Below are positions 32,219-42,880 of a stretch of DNA of 64,000 nucleotides, in pieces. A program made the position numbers and the translations under genes. Every line of letters begins with the position of its first letter. Position 1 is the first letter of the stretch. The notes beneath the pieces were generated by a model. That model had not been told where the DNA came from. It saw only the letters and a program-made list of their open reading frames with translations, and searched no databases. The DNA lies in the NCBI GenBank assembly GCA_963666735.1, contig OY762926.1:3648001-3712000 (forward strand). Direction: 5' to 3'. This stretch comes from Gemmatimonadota bacterium (GTDB taxonomy: Bacteria > Gemmatimonadota > Gemmatimonadetes > Palauibacterales > Palauibacteraceae).

Positions 32219-34461
32219 GGAGCCCACGGAACCCGCAACGCCTCGCCGCGCGGCTGGTCGAACCGCTCTCCGTCCACGGTGGCGCTCACCCGCCGGGGTT
32301 CCACGTCCACGCACACGGTGCGCCCCCTCGCGACGACGGGTCCCAGCGACACGCGGGCGGGACCGTTCGGCAGCGGGCGCACCTCGATACCCGACGCGTC
32401 CAGGTGGAGCCCGGCGAATCCGCGCGCCAGCAGATCGAGGATCCAGGAGTGCTGGTAGTCGTCGATGCCCCTGAAGTGGCACGCGCGGCCCGTGTGCGGG
32501 TTGTAGTGCTCGAAGCAGTTGGGGCGCGAGGGATCGCCGTCGGTGAACATCATGCGCGCAAAGCGGGAGAGCATGTCGGCCGCCAGCGCGCCGGCCCGCC
32601 CGCTCCCGCCGCTCCCGCTGCGCCAGCAGCGCAGCAGCCCCTCGATGACATGGCTCGTCGTCATCGGCCAGACGCGTCCGTTCCACGGGCAGTTGCGGCG
32701 CTTCCCGCGCCAGATGCCCTCCGCCGAGAATCGCGGATCGTCCACGCTCGACGAAGGCAGCGGGAAGCGCGTGCCGAACGTCCGGGGATCTTCGAGGTGG
32801 TCGAGCAGGGCGTCGAGGCGGGCCCCGCCCACCCGTCCGGTGAGCAGCGGGTAGAATCCCACCGCCGCCTTCACGCCGGTGCGCTCGCCGGTGCGCCCGT
32901 TCACGTCCGTAAACAGCCGAGCCTCGGCCGACCACATGCGTTCGTCGATCGCCTTCCAGCAGCGGTCCGCGAGCCCGCGCCACTCGGTCTCGTCGCCCGC
33001 CCGCGCGAGGCGGCGCGCCACGGAGGCGAGGGCGCGGAACAACTGGTGCGCGTAGACCGTCACGTCGATCCCCTTGAGGCGGAGGCTCGGCCGCCACCCC
33101 GCTACGTCGGCCTCTTCGTCCACGGCCATGTAGCGCGACATGTACTCCTGTCCCGTCTCGAAATGGTTCGTGACCGTGAACATCCCCGACGCCTCGGCGT
33201 CGCGCTCCGCCGTCAGCCAGCGGGCGTAGCGCGACAGCCCCTCGTAGCAGCGGGCCAGCGCCGCGGCATCGGGGTGCATGTCATCGACCGCGAGCAGCGC
33301 GTCGCCCCAGTTGGCGTGATAAAAATCGGTTCCCTCGAGGCGTTCGGGATAGAGGCGCCCATGGAACGAGCCATCGGGCCTCTGGTTGTCGACGAAATTC
33401 AGGAGCGAGCCCCACGCCTCGCGCCCGCCCCTCCGCCAGCGCATCTCCATCATGTGGCATTGCGCGCTGTAGGCGATCGGCACGTGGAAGTACTCCGGAC
33501 CCTCGGCGATGGCGGGGTGCCGCACCGGGCCCCACGGACCCTCGAGGCGGTTCAGGCCGAGACCGTAGATGCGGTAGTCGAAAGTGCGGTCGAGGTATGG
33601 ATCGCCGCACCGGAAGTGGGGGAAATCGCCGAAGAAGGACTCCCAGGCGGAGGTTGCCGGGGACTCCCGGGCGGAGGCTGCCGGGGGCTCCCGGGCCTCG
33701 CCGCCCCGGGGATGGAGGGTCAGCCGCAAGGTTGGCGACTCACTGTCGTCCGTCCCTCCGAGCGGAAGCGCGACGGCGATCCAGATCCACCCGGAGCGGC
33801 GTCCGCCCGCGTCCGCGGCGTTCCCCGGGACAGCGCCCCCGTCCGCGAAGGGGGAGTGCCGCCACTCGGGCGCCCCGCGACCTTCGGACGGCACGATGCG
33901 CCGCCACGCGGGCGAAATGGATCCCGCGAGTTCCACGCGCAGGACCAGTTCCTGCCCGCGCCGGTCCGAGACGACCCGCGTCCAGCCCACCCCGCCCGTC
34001 GTGGGTTCCGCTCCGCCCGTCGCGTCCGCCGGCTGCGCGGTGAAGCCGACGACGTATCCCTCGAGTTCGGCGGGCACGTACCACGAGGATTCCAGGATTC
34101 CGCCCGGCAGCACCTGGCGGCGCTCCTCGAGGATGACGCCTCGCGCATCCCGCCATGTGGCGACCAGCCGTCCCGGCCGCCACCGGCGTGGCGTCAGCTC
34201 GCTCCCGCCGGGGCCGCGGGTCGCACTTCGGAGGGCGATTTCCGCTCCGTCCGGGCGGACGAGAGCCACCGAGAACCCCGGGCCGATCTCGTGCTGCAGC
34301 AGGTGAACCGGATCCCAGAACCCCGGCCGGTGGAGCCACCGCGGAAACGGCGGTGCCCACACCACGCCGTCGAGCCCGCCCAGGAACCACTTGTCCTCGC
34401 GAGCCAGCGCCGCGATGCGAGCCTTCGGCGAAGCGGCGGAACGGGACGGGCGGCGGTTCAT
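32215..34461 (-). CDS. GH63/MGH1-like glycoside hydrolase, second paralog
   Basis: FETGQE, FYPLL, FPLPS, WNGRVWP, CFEHYNP. Confidence 0.75.
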   Translation of the reverse strand: MNRRPSRSAASPKARIAALAREDKWFLGGLDGVVWAPPFPRWLHRPGFWDPVHLLQHEIGPGFSVALVRPDGAEIALRSATRGPGGSELTPRRWRPGRLVATWRDARGVILEERRQVLPGGILESSWYVPAELEGYVVGFTAQPADATGGAEPTTGGVGWTRVVSDRRGQELVLRVELAGSISPAWRRIVPSEGRGAPEWRHSPFADGGAVPGNAADAGGRRSGWIWIAVALPLGGTDDSESPTLRLTLHPRGGEAREPPAASARESPATSAWESFFGDFPHFRCGDPYLDRTFDYRIYGLGLNRLEGPWGPVRHPAIAEGPEYFHVPIAYSAQCHMMEMRWRRGGREAWGSLLNFVDNQRPDGSFHGRLYPERLEGTDFYHANWGDALLAVDDMHPDAAALARCYEGLSRYARWLTAERDAEASGMFTVTNHFETGQEYMSRYMAVDEEADVAGWRPSLRLKGIDVTVYAHQLFRALASVARRLARAGDETEWRGLADRCWKAIDERMWSAEARLFTDVNGRTGERTGVKAAVGFYPLLTGRVGGARLDALLDHLEDPRTFGTRFPLPSSSVDDPRFSAEGIWRGKRRNCPWNGRVWPMTTSHVIEGLLRCWRSGSGGSGRAGALAADMLSRFARMMFTDGDPSRPNCFEHYNPHTGRACHFRGIDDYQHSWILDLLARGFAGLHLDASGIEVRPLPNGPARVSLGPVVARGRTVCVDVEPRRVSATVDGERFDQPRGEALRVPWAP

Positions 34462-34677
34462 GGGAACACCATCGAACCGCCCGGGTCGCCGGTCAACGGC
34501 TCGACGCGTCCGGCGCCGGCCCGCGACGCCTTCGCGCAGTGGTACCCTGACACTTCCTCCCGGCGGGGCGCGTAGGCGCGCACAGGCCCCCGCGGCGTCG
34601 AGGCGGCGGCCCGGCAGCGCGGGGATTCGCGCCCGCGCCGCCTGTCCAACCCTGCGTTCAGCGTCTGGAGGAAAGAG

Positions 34678-35400
34678 ATGTTCCGGAATCGTCGCTCTCT
34701 CGGCTGCCCCTCGGGGCGAATCGCCCTCACGGGCGCCCTATTCGCCGGATTCGTATCGGCCGGCTGCATCTTCGTCGGCGACAGCGAGTCGCGGGACGAA
34801 GCGGATGAAGTGCGGGAAGATGTGCGCGATGCCGCCGAGGAAATTGCCGCAAGCATCACCGAAGCCGTGGAAGAGCTCGGCGAGCACATGTCCGATCTCG
34901 CCGAGGAACTGAGCGGCGAGGCGCTGGTCGATAACCCGGTCAACTTCCGCGAGTTCTACGATCTGCTTCCCGAGCGGGTGGGGAACCTGAGGCGGACTTC
35001 GCGCGAAGGGGCGACCGGCGGCGCTCTGGGGTTCCACATGTCCCAGGCCGAAGCCGGGTACGAGGGGAGTAACGGAGTCGAGGTCGAAGTCACCATCGCC
35101 GACATCGGCGCGCTGCCGGTGATCGGTTCGGAGAGGTTCATGGAGTGGATCGATCTCTCGGTCGAGGAAGAGAGCGACCGGGGTTGGGCACGCACGATCG
35201 AATACGAAGGCTATCCGGCCATGGAGGAATTCCGGCGCACGCGCGGCGACCGCGGCAGCGCGGAGTTCATCTGGTTCGTCGAAGGTCGTTTCCTCGTCGC
35301 TCTGGACGGACGGAACCTGACGATCGACGAACTCCACGAGCTTCGAGACGCGATCGACACCGGCGCGCTGGCCGACCTGCGCGACCGGGAAGGGGAGTAG
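34678..35400 (+). CDS. Hypothetical lipoprotein
   Basis: GAGG upstream, lipobox VSAG-C, acidic helical segment then alpha/beta domain. Confidence 0.7.
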   Translation: MFRNRRSLGCPSGRIALTGALFAGFVSAGCIFVGDSESRDEADEVREDVRDAAEEIAASITEAVEELGEHMSDLAEELSGEALVDNPVNFREFYDLLPERVGNLRRTSREGATGGALGFHMSQAEAGYEGSNGVEVEVTIADIGALPVIGSERFMEWIDLSVEEESDRGWARTIEYEGYPAMEEFRRTRGDRGSAEFIWFVEGRFLVALDGRNLTIDELHELRDAIDTGALADLRDREGE

Positions 35401-35409
35401 CGGGGCGGG

Positions 35410-38073
35410 TTAGCGCTCCCAGTCCGCGGCGTCGGGGATCCCGCGGCTGACCAGCACTTCCAGGCCGGGATCGAGGGTCAACGCCTCCGCCACCGCCCCG
35501 GCCAGCCCCGCGGGAGTCGGATCCCGCAGGATCGCGCGCACCTGTCGGGTCGCGGGCTCCCGCACGATGGCCGTAGGAACGACAGCGGGATCGGCTGCGG
35601 GGAGGCCGCCCCCTCCGTCGAGCGTGTCGAGCGTGACCGACCCGCCGGGTCCGGAGAGCGTGAGGCTTGCCAGGGCGCCCGCCCACCCGGGCCGGACGGG
35701 CACGGCGAAGGCGAAACCCGAGCCGCCGTCCCCATCGGCGATCCGCCACATGTCGAAGCGCAGCGCGAACAGTTCCTCCCCCGACGCGTTCCGGCCGCGG
35801 ATACGATAGTCGCCACCGTCCATGGGCAGAGAGGGCGGCGCGTCGAGGACGAACGCGGGCTCCAGGTAGGGAACGCCTTCTTCGCTGACGCCGCCCCAGA
35901 GCAGCAGCGTGCGCGCATCGCGGCCGACCGCCCCGTCCGGGGCGGATTCGAGCGGCTCGGTGCGGAGGCGGAAGCGCATCGCATTGTAGAAGTGATAGTC
36001 CCCGATCCAGTGCGGATCGCAGTATCCCATGATGTCGGGCCTGTCCGGCGGGACGAGTTGCCCGCCATCGCGAAAATCGTATCCCCATGCGCCGATGAAC
36101 CCACTCCGTTCGGGATACCAGGGATCGAAGCCGGTCGCGCTGCACGGCGCGTGGCTGAGGCTCATGTTGTGCCCGAATTCGTGCCCGACGATGTCGGGTC
36201 GATCGCGACTGGAGAAACTGGCGAACCCGCCGACGAAAGCCACGCCCCCGCCGTCGTTGTTCGACATCGTGCCCATGTAGTGCCCGGTGCCCCCCTCCGC
36301 GGCACGTATCGCCGCCGTCTGGCCCAACAGCGCGTTCTGGTTGTTGGTGGATACCATCACGGGCTCGTGCGCCGTGACCGTCATGGCTCCGACCGGGAGA
36401 AGCGTATGCGTGTCCCAGAAGAGTTCGTGGTCCGGGGTCAGACCGTTCACGTAGCTCACGATCGACGCGTCCCGCTCTGACGTCAGCACGAACGGAATCA
36501 CCGTGACATTGAACGTGGGCATCGTCCGGACATCGAAGGCGCGCCGGCCGCTCTCGGGGATCCGCCGCGTGAGTCCCAGAGCCGGGTCCAGCGTGCCGCC
36601 GGGATCCGTCTCGACGACAATTTCGAGTCCGGGCTGCACGACCTGCCCGGGAATCACGACGTTCGCGGATGCGGCGAGGTTGCCTTCGTCGATCGCCGCC
36701 GGCACGAGGTTCGACTGTGCGGGAATGTCGACGACGTGGGTTTCGGCGCCTTCCACGTAGAACCGGGCCCGGACCTCCGGGAAACTGACGGACGCGCCTT
36801 CGGGGGCAGTCAGAAACACGCGCAGGAGCGCGGAATCGCCGGCGACGAGCGGCACGGGAAACTGCGACGACTGTACGGCCTGCGTGAGTACGATCGACGC
36901 ATCCTGCCCGCACGTGGCGACCCGGTACCTGTACAGCCGCTCCAGCCAGTCCCGGAAGGCGGGTTCAGCGGGCGCACAGAGCGCCGAGCCTCCCAGGTGG
37001 ACCTGGACCAGCCCCCGGATCGACGTCAACGCGACGGGCAGCGGGCCGGACAGCCCGGCGTTGCCGGACAGGTTCAGAACGCGCAGCGCGGCCAGGCGCC
37101 CGAACGCCTCCGGCACTGGCCCCTCGAGGTCGTTCTGCATGAGCAGCAGGACCTGCAGCTGTCCGAGGTCCCCGAGTTCGGACGGGATCGGTCCCGCGAG
37201 ATCGTTGCCGCTCAGGTCCAGCAGACGTGCCGTGCGAAGGTGGCCCAGCGCGGCCGGGACCGGCCCCGTGAATCCGTTGTCGCTGAGATCCAGTTGGTCC
37301 AGGAAACCGAAGCCGCCGATCAGCGGCGGAATCTCGCCGTCAAAGCCGTTGTCGCGAAGATCCAATCGCAGGAGGATCTGCAGGCGGCCCAGTTCGGGCG
37401 GGATCGACCCCGCGAGTTCGTTTCGCGACAGGACGAGCGACTGGAGCCGGTCGAGTGCGCCGAGTTCCGGCGGCAGCTCTCCCTCGAGCCCGTTGAAGTC
37501 GAGGCGGAGATCCGTCACCCGCCCCTCCGCGTCCACGCCCACGCCGTACCACGTGTCCAGCGGGCGGCCGGTGAGCCAGTTGTCGTCGTTGATCCAGCCC
37601 TCGCCGCCCGTTGCCTCGTACAGCGCGCGGAGCACGGCATGGTCCGCCGTCAGCAACTCGGGTACGAGGACGTCGAAATCCAGCCGGGCCTGCAGCGCCC
37701 GGGGATCGCGGGCCCGGATCGTGACCCGCGCTTCGCCCGGCGCGACCCCGGCGACGGTGACGACGGTACCGGACAGCGAGGCCGACGCGACGCCGGCGTC
37801 GGAGGTCTCTACCGAGAACGTCAGGGCGTCCCCGTCCGGATCCGTGAAGTAGGCCGCCGCGTCCACCGTCAGCGTGTCGCCTGCCGCCAGTTCCTGCGCC
37901 GGGATCGTGCTCGTCGGCGTCGGCCGGCGGTTGGGCGATGTCGTGGGCGGGGCCGTCGTTTCGCCGCCGCACGCCGCGGCCGAGAGGATGACGAGCGCCA
38001 TCAGCCCGGCGAGGCCGGCAAGGACGGCCGGCGAGTTGCTCCCGCTCAGCCGCCTGCTCAGCTGTCTGCTCAC
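35410..38073 (-). CDS. Surface lipoprotein with Ig/cadherin-like domain, LRRs and metzincin-like (M66-type) peptidase
   Basis: AAA-C lipobox; FTDPDGD; ~6 plant-type LRRs (LxLxxNxLxGxIPxELG); HEFGHNMSLSH and DIMGY Met-turn. Confidence 0.85.
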   Translation of the reverse strand: MSRQLSRRLSGSNSPAVLAGLAGLMALVILSAAACGGETTAPPTTSPNRRPTPTSTIPAQELAAGDTLTVDAAAYFTDPDGDALTFSVETSDAGVASASLSGTVVTVAGVAPGEARVTIRARDPRALQARLDFDVLVPELLTADHAVLRALYEATGGEGWINDDNWLTGRPLDTWYGVGVDAEGRVTDLRLDFNGLEGELPPELGALDRLQSLVLSRNELAGSIPPELGRLQILLRLDLRDNGFDGEIPPLIGGFGFLDQLDLSDNGFTGPVPAALGHLRTARLLDLSGNDLAGPIPSELGDLGQLQVLLLMQNDLEGPVPEAFGRLAALRVLNLSGNAGLSGPLPVALTSIRGLVQVHLGGSALCAPAEPAFRDWLERLYRYRVATCGQDASIVLTQAVQSSQFPVPLVAGDSALLRVFLTAPEGASVSFPEVRARFYVEGAETHVVDIPAQSNLVPAAIDEGNLAASANVVIPGQVVQPGLEIVVETDPGGTLDPALGLTRRIPESGRRAFDVRTMPTFNVTVIPFVLTSERDASIVSYVNGLTPDHELFWDTHTLLPVGAMTVTAHEPVMVSTNNQNALLGQTAAIRAAEGGTGHYMGTMSNNDGGGVAFVGGFASFSSRDRPDIVGHEFGHNMSLSHAPCSATGFDPWYPERSGFIGAWGYDFRDGGQLVPPDRPDIMGYCDPHWIGDYHFYNAMRFRLRTEPLESAPDGAVGRDARTLLLWGGVSEEGVPYLEPAFVLDAPPSLPMDGGDYRIRGRNASGEELFALRFDMWRIADGDGGSGFAFAVPVRPGWAGALASLTLSGPGGSVTLDTLDGGGGLPAADPAVVPTAIVREPATRQVRAILRDPTPAGLAGAVAEALTLDPGLEVLVSRGIPDAADWER

Positions 38074-39011
38074 CGGGCGACGTGCGACAACTGGCGTTCG
38101 AGATCCTCGATCGCCGATCGCTCGCGGTCGGAACTCTCGATGATGTGGTCCGCGAAGTACTCGATGTTGTCCATCGGAGCCTCGCCGGCCAGCGATTTGA
38201 TCCCGACGGTGGCCACGCCCCCGAGCGCTTCCGCGATCGTGCGCGCCTCGGCCACGAACTGCTGCGCGATGGTCTGCATCGTCCCTTCCGCCTGCGCGAT
38301 CACGACATCCGCCCGCCCCGACAACTCCTCGAGGCGCCGCGACTCCTCGAGATCCCGGTTGCAGCGGTACATGACCGCAAGTCTGGCATCGCAGTCGTTG
38401 TAGAACACTCGGAGCGCCGCCGCGCGAAGGTCGAGCTTCTCGATGGCTTCCGCGAGCTTCGCTTCAAGCCGGTCCGCGATCGGGCTCTGAGTGCGCGCGA
38501 GGTCGCCCCCCGGCTCGCCGCGAAGGCGTTCGCGCCAATACGCGGCGGAACGCTGCGCTTCATCCGCCGCCTCGGCGAGTTCCGACCGCGCCCGTCCCCA
38601 CTCCGAGCCCCTCCCCAGCGTCCGTTCGCGGTGTACCTGAATCCGTTCCCGGAACTCGGTCACCGCAAACTCGTGTACGCGCAGGACCGCCCAGGGTTCC
38701 GCGTTCCCGTAGGCGGCGATGCCGCGGTGTACCGTTGCGCGGATCTCCGACCGTTTCCGTCGGGCGGGATAGGCCTTGCCGAGCCCGTTCAGCACCCAGA
38801 TCAGCGCCGCGACACCCAGGACGCCGAACATCCCCGCCCCGCCGCCGACCACTCCCGCGTAGCACGACCCGACGATGACGAGCGGGACCACCCAGCGCGC
38901 CACCGACGCGGCTTCCCCGGGCCGGGTCCGCGAACGGGCCAACTCCACATCGAGTTCGCGTTCCGCCTCCCGCGCCTCCCGCTCGAAGCAGCGGCGGGCG
39001 AGGGCGTCCAT
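38070..39011 (-). CDS. Hypothetical membrane-anchored coiled-coil protein
   Basis: Two TM segments then a long helical region; GTGA overlap with the downstream gene. Confidence 0.65.
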   Translation of the reverse strand: MDALARRCFEREAREAERELDVELARSRTRPGEAASVARWVVPLVIVGSCYAGVVGGGAGMFGVLGVAALIWVLNGLGKAYPARRKRSEIRATVHRGIAAYGNAEPWAVLRVHEFAVTEFRERIQVHRERTLGRGSEWGRARSELAEAADEAQRSAAYWRERLRGEPGGDLARTQSPIADRLEAKLAEAIEKLDLRAAALRVFYNDCDARLAVMYRCNRDLEESRRLEELSGRADVVIAQAEGTMQTIAQQFVAEARTIAEALGGVATVGIKSLAGEAPMDNIEYFADHIIESSDRERSAIEDLERQLSHVAR

Positions 39012-39051
39012 CGAGACGTCCGATGCGCTCAAGAGGCGTCGCCTTCGCCGG

Positions 39052-42000
39052 TCAGCTCGTGGCGCGCGGCGGGGTGCGCACGATGACGCCGGGGACGCCG
39101 GCCTCGCGCAGCCGGTTGTTGAAGGCGGCGACGTCCGTGTCGATGATCTGCTGGAGCGTGCCCAGCCACTCGCCGAGTTCGGCCTCAAGTTCGTCGGCGC
39201 GGACGGCCGCCACCGCGTTGGGGCGGTCGTAGGTCGACGCGACGTAGCCGTACAGGTTCGCGATCTCGTTGTCGAGCATGGGCGGGAAGTTGAGCATGTC
39301 CTGCCCCGACTCGTTCTTCGTCTGGAAGAGTTCCTCCTCGACGTCCGTGAGCTTCTCGCCCGCGGCGTCCGCCATCTCCGTGAAGTCATCGCCGTAGCCG
39401 GCCTCCTCCACCGACTGCGCGATGTCGCTCATCTGGGACCGGATGGAACGCGCGTCGCGCACCGCGTCGTGCGACTGCTGCAGCAGGCCGCGCACGCGGA
39501 CCATCAGGTCGTGCTGGGCCTGCAGATCGGCCACCGTGACCTGGTCGGCCACCCGCGGGTCGATCCGGACCGCCAGCGGCCGCGACTGCGTCGCGTCACC
39601 CGCCGTCAGACGCACCTCATAGCGCCCCGGCACCGCGGGCACGCGGCCCGTGAAGCCCCAGATGCGGGCACCCTGCACGAGGTCGGGTCCCTCGTCCTGA
39701 AGGTTCCACACCATGCGGTTGAGTCCGGCGCTCGCCGGCAGGCGGCCCGGAGACCAGCTCGACGGACGGCCGATGGCCGCCTTCGCCTCATCGTCCCATG
39801 AGCCGGGATTCGAGGAGTAGACCCGCACCACCTCGCCGCCCGCATCCACGATCTCGAGGTTCACCGTCTCCTCCATCCCCTCTCCGAGCGCGAAGTGGAT
39901 CGGCGCCCCGTTGGGGAAGACGCTCTGGGCGCGCACCGCATCCCCCGGCGCGTAGAGGTGTACGTCGGCCGCCAGCGTGGCCGCCGACATCGTGCGCAGC
40001 GGCGAAATGTCGTCGAGGATCCAGAACGAGCGGCCCTGCGTCCCCATGACGAGATCGCCCTCGTGCACGAGCATGTCCGTGATCGGCGTGACCGGCAGGT
40101 TCTGCTGGAAGCGCTGCCAGCTGCCGCCGCCATCGAAACTGATGTAGAGCCCGTACTCCGTGCCGGCGTAGAGGAGACCTTCCCGCTCCGGGTCCTCGCG
40201 CACGACGCGCACGAAGTGGCCGGGCTCGATCCCATCGGTGGAGAGACGGGTCCAGCTCTCCCCGTAGTCGTCCGTGCGCCACATGTAGGGCGTGTCGTCC
40301 TGCATCCTGTAGCGGTAGACGGCGACGTGCGCCCGCCCCGCGCCGTGCGCCGAGAGGTCGATCATGTTGACGGTCGAGAACTCGGGCAGGTCGCCGGGCG
40401 TCACGTCCGCCCAGCTCTCCCCGTCGTCGCGCGAGACGTGGATGAGGCCGTCGTCCGAGCCCGCCCACAGGACGCCCGCCTCGTGCGGCGACTCCTCGAA
40501 GGCGAAGATGGTCCCGTACACCTCCACCCCGGTGTTGTCCCACGTGATGCGGCCGCCCGCGTGCTCCTGCTTCGTCGTGTCGTTGCGCGTGAGGTCGGGA
40601 CTGATCGTCTCCCACGAATATCCCGCGTCCCGCGTCCGGTTCACGAACTGTGATGTGTGATAGACGACATCGGGATCGTGGGGGGAGATCCGGATCGGCG
40701 CATTCCACTGGAAGCGGTGCCGCAGCGTCTTCGGGGCCTGTCCCAGTTGGAGCTGCGGATAGAGGAGCATCTGCCGTGCGTCGCCGGTCTCCCGGTCCAC
40801 CCGGTTGATGCTGCCGCCGTAGCAGCCCGCGTACGTCACGTTCGGGTTGCGCGGGTCGATCGCGATGTGCCCGCTCTCGCAGCCACCGACCGCGGCCCAG
40901 TGCTGCGGCGCCTGAACCGCCGGCATCCCGCGGCTCGGCACCATGATCGTCGAGTTGTCCTGCTGCGAGCCGTACACGCGGTAGGGAAACTGGTCGTCGA
41001 CGAACACCCGGTACATCTCCGCCGTGACCTGGTTGTAGTAGGTGGACCAGCTCTCCGCGCCGGTCGTCGTCACCTGCCCGCCGCCGTCGTTCGCCACGAC
41101 CTGGAAGTCGGGGTTCTCGTAGTTGATCCACAGGTCGTGCACGTCCCCGTGCGGGACGCCGTAGCTCTGCCACGTCACGCCCCCGTCGATGGACTTGTTG
41201 TAGCCGACATTGAGGGCGTACACCGTGTTCTCGTCCACCGGATCGGCGTAGATGTGCGTGTAGTACCACGCCCGCTGCTGCAGCCCGCGGTCCTCGTTCA
41301 CCCGCTGCCAGGAGTCGCCCCCGTCATCGGAGCGATAGACGCCCCCCCGGTCGTTGGGCGCCTCGATGAGGACCCAGACGCGGTCGGGGTTGGCGCGGGA
41401 GACGGTGACGGCGGCCTTGCCGACGAGGCCCGTGGGGAGGCCGCCCTCGAGCCGGTCCCACGTGTCGCCGCCGTCCGTCGAGCGGAAGATGCCGGATTCC
41501 TCGGAACCGGAGATCGCGGTCCACGGCTTGCGCTCGCCCCGCCACGCCGCCGCGAAGATGATGCGGGGATTCCCCGGATTCAGCGCGAGGTCGACGACGC
41601 CCGTGCTGTCGGAGATCGCGAGGACGTGGTCCCACGTGTCGCCGCCGTCCGTCGTGCGGAAGACGCCGCGCTCCGGGTTGGGGCCGAAGGGGTCGCCCAT
41701 CGCGGCCACGAAGGCGATGTCCGCATCGCGCGGATGGACCTCGATGCGGCCGATCTGTCCCGCGTTCGGGAGTCCGATGTGGGTCCAGGAATCGCCGCCG
41801 TCCGTGCTGCGGTAGATGCCGATTCCCTTGGAGATGTTGCCGCGGATGCAGGCCGAGCCGGTGCCCACGTAGATGACGTTCGCGTCGCTGTCCGCCACGT
41901 CGATCGCCCCGATGGAGCCCGTCTCGATGTAGCCGTCGGAGATGTTGAGCCAGTTGAGGCCGGCGTCGTCCGTGCGCCACACCCCTCCGCCGGTCGCGCC

Positions 42001-42240
42001 CATGAAATACGTGAGCGGCTGCTCGGTGATCCCCGCCACGGCCGTGCTTCGCCCCCCCCGCGGCGGCCCGATGGAGCGGAAACTGAGTCCCGCCACGTCG
42101 GCGGAATCGAACACCACCGCTTCCTGGGCGGCGAGTTCCTGGGCGGCGAGCGCCGTGGGCGCGACGGCGAGATTCGCCGCAACCAACACGGCTGCGGCGA
42201 GGGTGAGCGTGGTCGGCGTGACGATGGCCAGCTTACGCAT
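39052..42240 (-). CDS. VPS10/BNR-repeat glycosyl hydrolase-like secreted protein
   Basis: Signal peptide, RSIGP..GGR, many (S/T)xDGGx(T/S)W boxes, YGSQQDN, RFQWNAP. Confidence 0.9.
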   Translation of the reverse strand: MRKLAIVTPTTLTLAAAVLVAANLAVAPTALAAQELAAQEAVVFDSADVAGLSFRSIGPPRGGRSTAVAGITEQPLTYFMGATGGGVWRTDDAGLNWLNISDGYIETGSIGAIDVADSDANVIYVGTGSACIRGNISKGIGIYRSTDGGDSWTHIGLPNAGQIGRIEVHPRDADIAFVAAMGDPFGPNPERGVFRTTDGGDTWDHVLAISDSTGVVDLALNPGNPRIIFAAAWRGERKPWTAISGSEESGIFRSTDGGDTWDRLEGGLPTGLVGKAAVTVSRANPDRVWVLIEAPNDRGGVYRSDDGGDSWQRVNEDRGLQQRAWYYTHIYADPVDENTVYALNVGYNKSIDGGVTWQSYGVPHGDVHDLWINYENPDFQVVANDGGGQVTTTGAESWSTYYNQVTAEMYRVFVDDQFPYRVYGSQQDNSTIMVPSRGMPAVQAPQHWAAVGGCESGHIAIDPRNPNVTYAGCYGGSINRVDRETGDARQMLLYPQLQLGQAPKTLRHRFQWNAPIRISPHDPDVVYHTSQFVNRTRDAGYSWETISPDLTRNDTTKQEHAGGRITWDNTGVEVYGTIFAFEESPHEAGVLWAGSDDGLIHVSRDDGESWADVTPGDLPEFSTVNMIDLSAHGAGRAHVAVYRYRMQDDTPYMWRTDDYGESWTRLSTDGIEPGHFVRVVREDPEREGLLYAGTEYGLYISFDGGGSWQRFQQNLPVTPITDMLVHEGDLVMGTQGRSFWILDDISPLRTMSAATLAADVHLYAPGDAVRAQSVFPNGAPIHFALGEGMEETVNLEIVDAGGEVVRVYSSNPGSWDDEAKAAIGRPSSWSPGRLPASAGLNRMVWNLQDEGPDLVQGARIWGFTGRVPAVPGRYEVRLTAGDATQSRPLAVRIDPRVADQVTVADLQAQHDLMVRVRGLLQQSHDAVRDARSIRSQMSDIAQSVEEAGYGDDFTEMADAAGEKLTDVEEELFQTKNESGQDMLNFPPMLDNEIANLYGYVASTYDRPNAVAAVRADELEAELGEWLGTLQQIIDTDVAAFNNRLREAGVPGVIVRTPPRATS

Positions 42241-42407
42241 GGGGTTCCAACTCCTGTTCCGGCGACACGTTGATTCCGGCGACACGGTGACTCGCTGCTT
42301 CGCTGCGGTCGTTGGCGGACCTCGCGGACGCCATGCCCGGTCGGACCGCGGCCCGCCAACGTAGATGGACAATGCCCACCGCGACAATCACGAAGGGCGG
42401 TGGACGG

Positions 42408-42580
42408 CTATCCCCCGGTGTCGTCAGAGTTCCGCGTGCGGCGCCGCACGTAGCTCTCGAGTACGCGGTTCATTCGCGTCCGGTAGCCTTCCCCGGAGCC
42501 TTGAGATAGGCCAGCACGGAGCGCTTGACGCGCATGGTGATCTGGTCCGTCCGATCCGGCTCGACGAGCTCCGCGGCGTC
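42408..42580 (-). pseudogene. BrnA antitoxin relic
   Basis: DAAELVEPDRTDQITMRVKRSVLAYLKAPGK, 1-nt frameshift, then GYRTRMNRVLESYV; N-terminus and brnT missing. Confidence 0.7.
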
Positions 42581-42637
42581 CGTCGAGGGCTCCCGGCTCC
42601 TTGACGCAGTGACGCCGTGGTGCCATGGTGCAGGTTC

Positions 42638-42880
42638 ATGAGAACCACACTAAACCTCGACGCCGATGTCCACCGCGCCGTGAAGAGTCTCGCGCGCGAG
42701 CGCGGCGAAAGCCTGGGGGCCGTCGCTTCGGCGCTGATCCGGCGAGCGTTGCGACCGCGTCGCACGGCGACCTCGCGTGGATCGGTGTCCCGGATCAGTG
42801 GGTTTCCGGTGGTCGACGTGCCCGACGACGCCACTCCGATCACGCCCGAGATGGTGGCCGATGCCTTGGACGAGATCTGA
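42638..42880 (+). CDS. vapB: RHH/CopG-like VapB antitoxin
   Basis: MRTTLNLDADV..AVKSLARERGESLG.V.S.LIRRAL...GFPV...ITPEMV. Confidence 0.85.
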   Translation: MRTTLNLDADVHRAVKSLARERGESLGAVASALIRRALRPRRTATSRGSVSRISGFPVVDVPDDATPITPEMVADALDEI

